From Candidatus Heimdallarchaeota archaeon (GTDB taxonomy: Archaea; Asgardarchaeota; Heimdallarchaeia; Heimdallarchaeales; Heimdallarchaeaceae), in the NCBI GenBank assembly GCA_030668875.1, contig DAOVER010000008.1, positions 1-32,000 of the forward strand: a stretch of DNA of 32,000 bases, read 5' to 3'. The translations under genes and the position numbers were made by a program. The notes under the pieces were generated by a model. The model was not told where the DNA came from, ran no database searches, and saw only the letters and a program-made list of their open reading frames with translations. Positions 29,908 through 32,000 of the stretch are shown piece after piece. The stretch's first letter is position 1. Each line of letters opens with the position of its first letter.

Positions 29908-32000
29908 ATGGCAAAAGTCGTTTTATCCAAAATACAGATCCCGAAGGACAATACCTTAAGTTTACTTAGGAAAATTGTTACTTTACATTACTATGACCAG
30001 ATTATAGTCGATCCTCAAAGTCCAAAGGAGCAAGCAAGAATTCAAGAACTGAAAGATAACCTTGAAAATTATTTCTTACGCTTGGTAAAGATAGGCAATT
30101 TAATCAAAATACCTTTTGACGATTTTGCAAAAGAAGAGGAACACTCTTTTGAGACAACCTTAGACATTTCAAAACTGCAAAGTAAGATAGAATCTTTTCT
30201 TAGTCAATATGAAGAAAAAATGTCAACTCAAGTTGCTAAACATAAGCAATTAAAAAAAGAAGAACGCATTCTTGCAGGTTTAAACAAGTTCAAACGTCAA
30301 ATTGAAAAAGACAAATTTACAATTGACCTTTTATCTTCCAATTCAAGAACTTTTACTATTTACGGTGAGATTCCTTCATCCTATGAAGAAATCCTTCGTT
30401 TTTATTTAAATGAAATCACTGGTGGTAAGATATTCTTGTGGAGTGTTGCAACAGAAGGAAGAAAGACAAAAACAATAATTTGCATTTCCTTATTGGATTT
30501 CAAGGAAAATGTAGTAGAGATTCTTGAACAAAATTACTTTGAACCTACAATTTTAGACTTATCTTCTCTTAAAACCATTGATGACTATACCTCTTCTACA
30601 ACGGTAAGCGATCTTTATTCCATGATAAATTCTGACCTAGTAAAAATAGAGCAAGAATTAGAAGGGTATCTAACAGATTTAACCGAACAAATTGTTTTCT
30701 ACATTAACTCAATAAAAACTGAAGTCACTCTTCTAACATTAGAAGAGAAAGGTCGAACCGATGAAAAAATGTTTACAATCTGGGGATGGGTAGAGAAAAA
30801 AAATTACGACATTTTTGTAAATGAGATAGAGTTACTGAAAATGCAACCCAAATTCTTTGTTCTTGATGATGTTCCATTTTCATATCAGAAACCAAAGAAA
30901 GAGGAGGATGAGCTGAAAATAGCAAAACCTGAAGTTGTTCAAAAAGGAAAAGAGAAATATGTACCACATTTATCTCATAGTGGGGGTGAACCTGAAGGTG
31001 GGATGTTTTTCCCAAAAAAGGCTTCTTTTATAAAAATGGAGACCAAAAGTAAATACAACCGTCAGTTTATTTCATTTGTTCGTTCTTTGAATTTAATCCA
31101 TCCGATAAAAATTGGTTCTTTGGACAATATTACAATTGATTCTCTTACCAAGAGACGTATGGAACTTACACAGTATCTAGCAAGGGTAAAAAAAATCAGA
31201 GAAATGTTGAATCTAAAGAAATCATCTGGTGATTCTTGTGATCAATTCCAAATTGTTGATGATCTAGCTCATTCTAAAGCATTTATAGAGAACTTTCTCA
31301 ATGAATTCGAGAGAGAAGTTGAAGCAACCTTTACAGAGTATGATCAATTGAAAAAAGAGAGGGATCAGCTTAAACTATATCGACCTTCAATTGAAATAAT
31401 GAAAAATGAAGTTATGGAATTCATGCTATCTGAAGGAGGTTCTCAAACAGTTACATTCTTGGGTTCAATTCCAAAAAGCCATCTTAAAGCAGTTAAATTC
31501 TTTGTAAATGAAGTTACAGACAGTACTATTATGTTCCGGGCAACAGAGTCATTAGGTTCAAAAAAGAACGAGAAGAATTTGTTTATTTTAGCCTTAAAGG
31601 AATATGAAAACGCGATTTCCAGAGTTTTGAATGAATATTCATTTCAACCAATTGAATATGATTTGGACTTACTTCAGCAAGAAGATTCACTTGAGGAGAA
31701 AAAGAATGATCTCATTCTAAAGATTGAGAAATTGGAAAATAGATTAAGCGAATTTCCTAACGAAATCGGTGATAGAATATCAGCGGTAGAAGAACTAATC
31801 TCTGTAGAATTGGATAGGATTAAAACAGAAGAAATTTTTCAAGTTTCTGAAGGTAAGACGATTATGTGGGGATGGATTCCAGGGCATGCTATGGAGACTC
31901 TATTTGAGAAAAAGGAAGAATTGAATTTTAAGCTTAACATAACTGTAACAGACAACGTACCTCTTCCAAATCCATCTATTACAAAAAGAAGTCAGTTATT
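29908..32000 (+). CDS. atpI: A/V-type ATP synthase subunit I (subunit a) with tandemly duplicated N-terminal domain; runs off window end
   Basis: Stop-free frame 1 from ATG 29908 (697 codons), absent from the ORF track because its stop lies outside the window. Two copies of the subunit I cytoplasmic domain: TIWGWVEKK and IMWGWIPG (the GWVP motif), YGEIP/LGSIP and coiled-coil linkers. The second copy starts MFFPKK. The membrane domain is not visible. Confidence 0.72.
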   Translation, partial: MAKVVLSKIQIPKDNTLSLLRKIVTLHYYDQIIVDPQSPKEQARIQELKDNLENYFLRLVKIGNLIKIPFDDFAKEEEHSFETTLDISKLQSKIESFLSQYEEKMSTQVAKHKQLKKEERILAGLNKFKRQIEKDKFTIDLLSSNSRTFTIYGEIPSSYEEILRFYLNEITGGKIFLWSVATEGRKTKTIICISLLDFKENVVEILEQNYFEPTILDLSSLKTIDDYTSSTTVSDLYSMINSDLVKIEQELEGYLTDLTEQIVFYINSIKTEVTLLTLEEKGRTDEKMFTIWGWVEKKNYDIFVNEIELLKMQPKFFVLDDVPFSYQKPKKEEDELKIAKPEVVQKGKEKYVPHLSHSGGEPEGGMFFPKKASFIKMETKSKYNRQFISFVRSLNLIHPIKIGSLDNITIDSLTKRRMELTQYLARVKKIREMLNLKKSSGDSCDQFQIVDDLAHSKAFIENFLNEFEREVEATFTEYDQLKKERDQLKLYRPSIEIMKNEVMEFMLSEGGSQTVTFLGSIPKSHLKAVKFFVNEVTDSTIMFRATESLGSKKNEKNLFILALKEYENAISRVLNEYSFQPIEYDLDLLQQEDSLEEKKNDLILKIEKLENRLSEFPNEIGDRISAVEELISVELDRIKTEEIFQVSEGKTIMWGWIPGHAMETLFEKKEELNFKLNITVTDNVPLPNPSITKRSQL

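Overview
AT-rich chromosomal segment, most likely archaeal and possibly Asgard/Heimdallarchaeia-like. That assignment is inferred from TTTATAA boxes about 28 nt before several ATGs, AGGTGA ribosome-binding sites, a tungsten AOR/MoaD module and an A-type ATPase subunit I. Most of the window is metabolic: gdhA, a receiver-domain/PEP-synthase-like protein, sugar MFS, AOR with MoaD and radical SAM maturase, FAD-linked oxidase, GH2 and GH3 glycosidases, MBL and HAD hydrolases. It also holds a solo tnpB element and several decayed or frameshifted genes. Main observations: (1) an ORF missing from the ORF track (29908 to window end) is an A/V-ATPase subunit I with its whole cytoplasmic N-terminal domain tandemly duplicated (period about 365 aa), a possible bridge to eukaryotic V-ATPase subunit C; (2) a pair of equal-length paralogous coiled-coil + C-terminal winged-helix proteins; (3) two unexplained structured non-coding segments (about 15060-15310 and 28220-28500), the second lying where two genes are broken; (4) a four-cysteine zinc-ribbon gene split by an A8 run. 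Everything was read by eye; no database searches were run.
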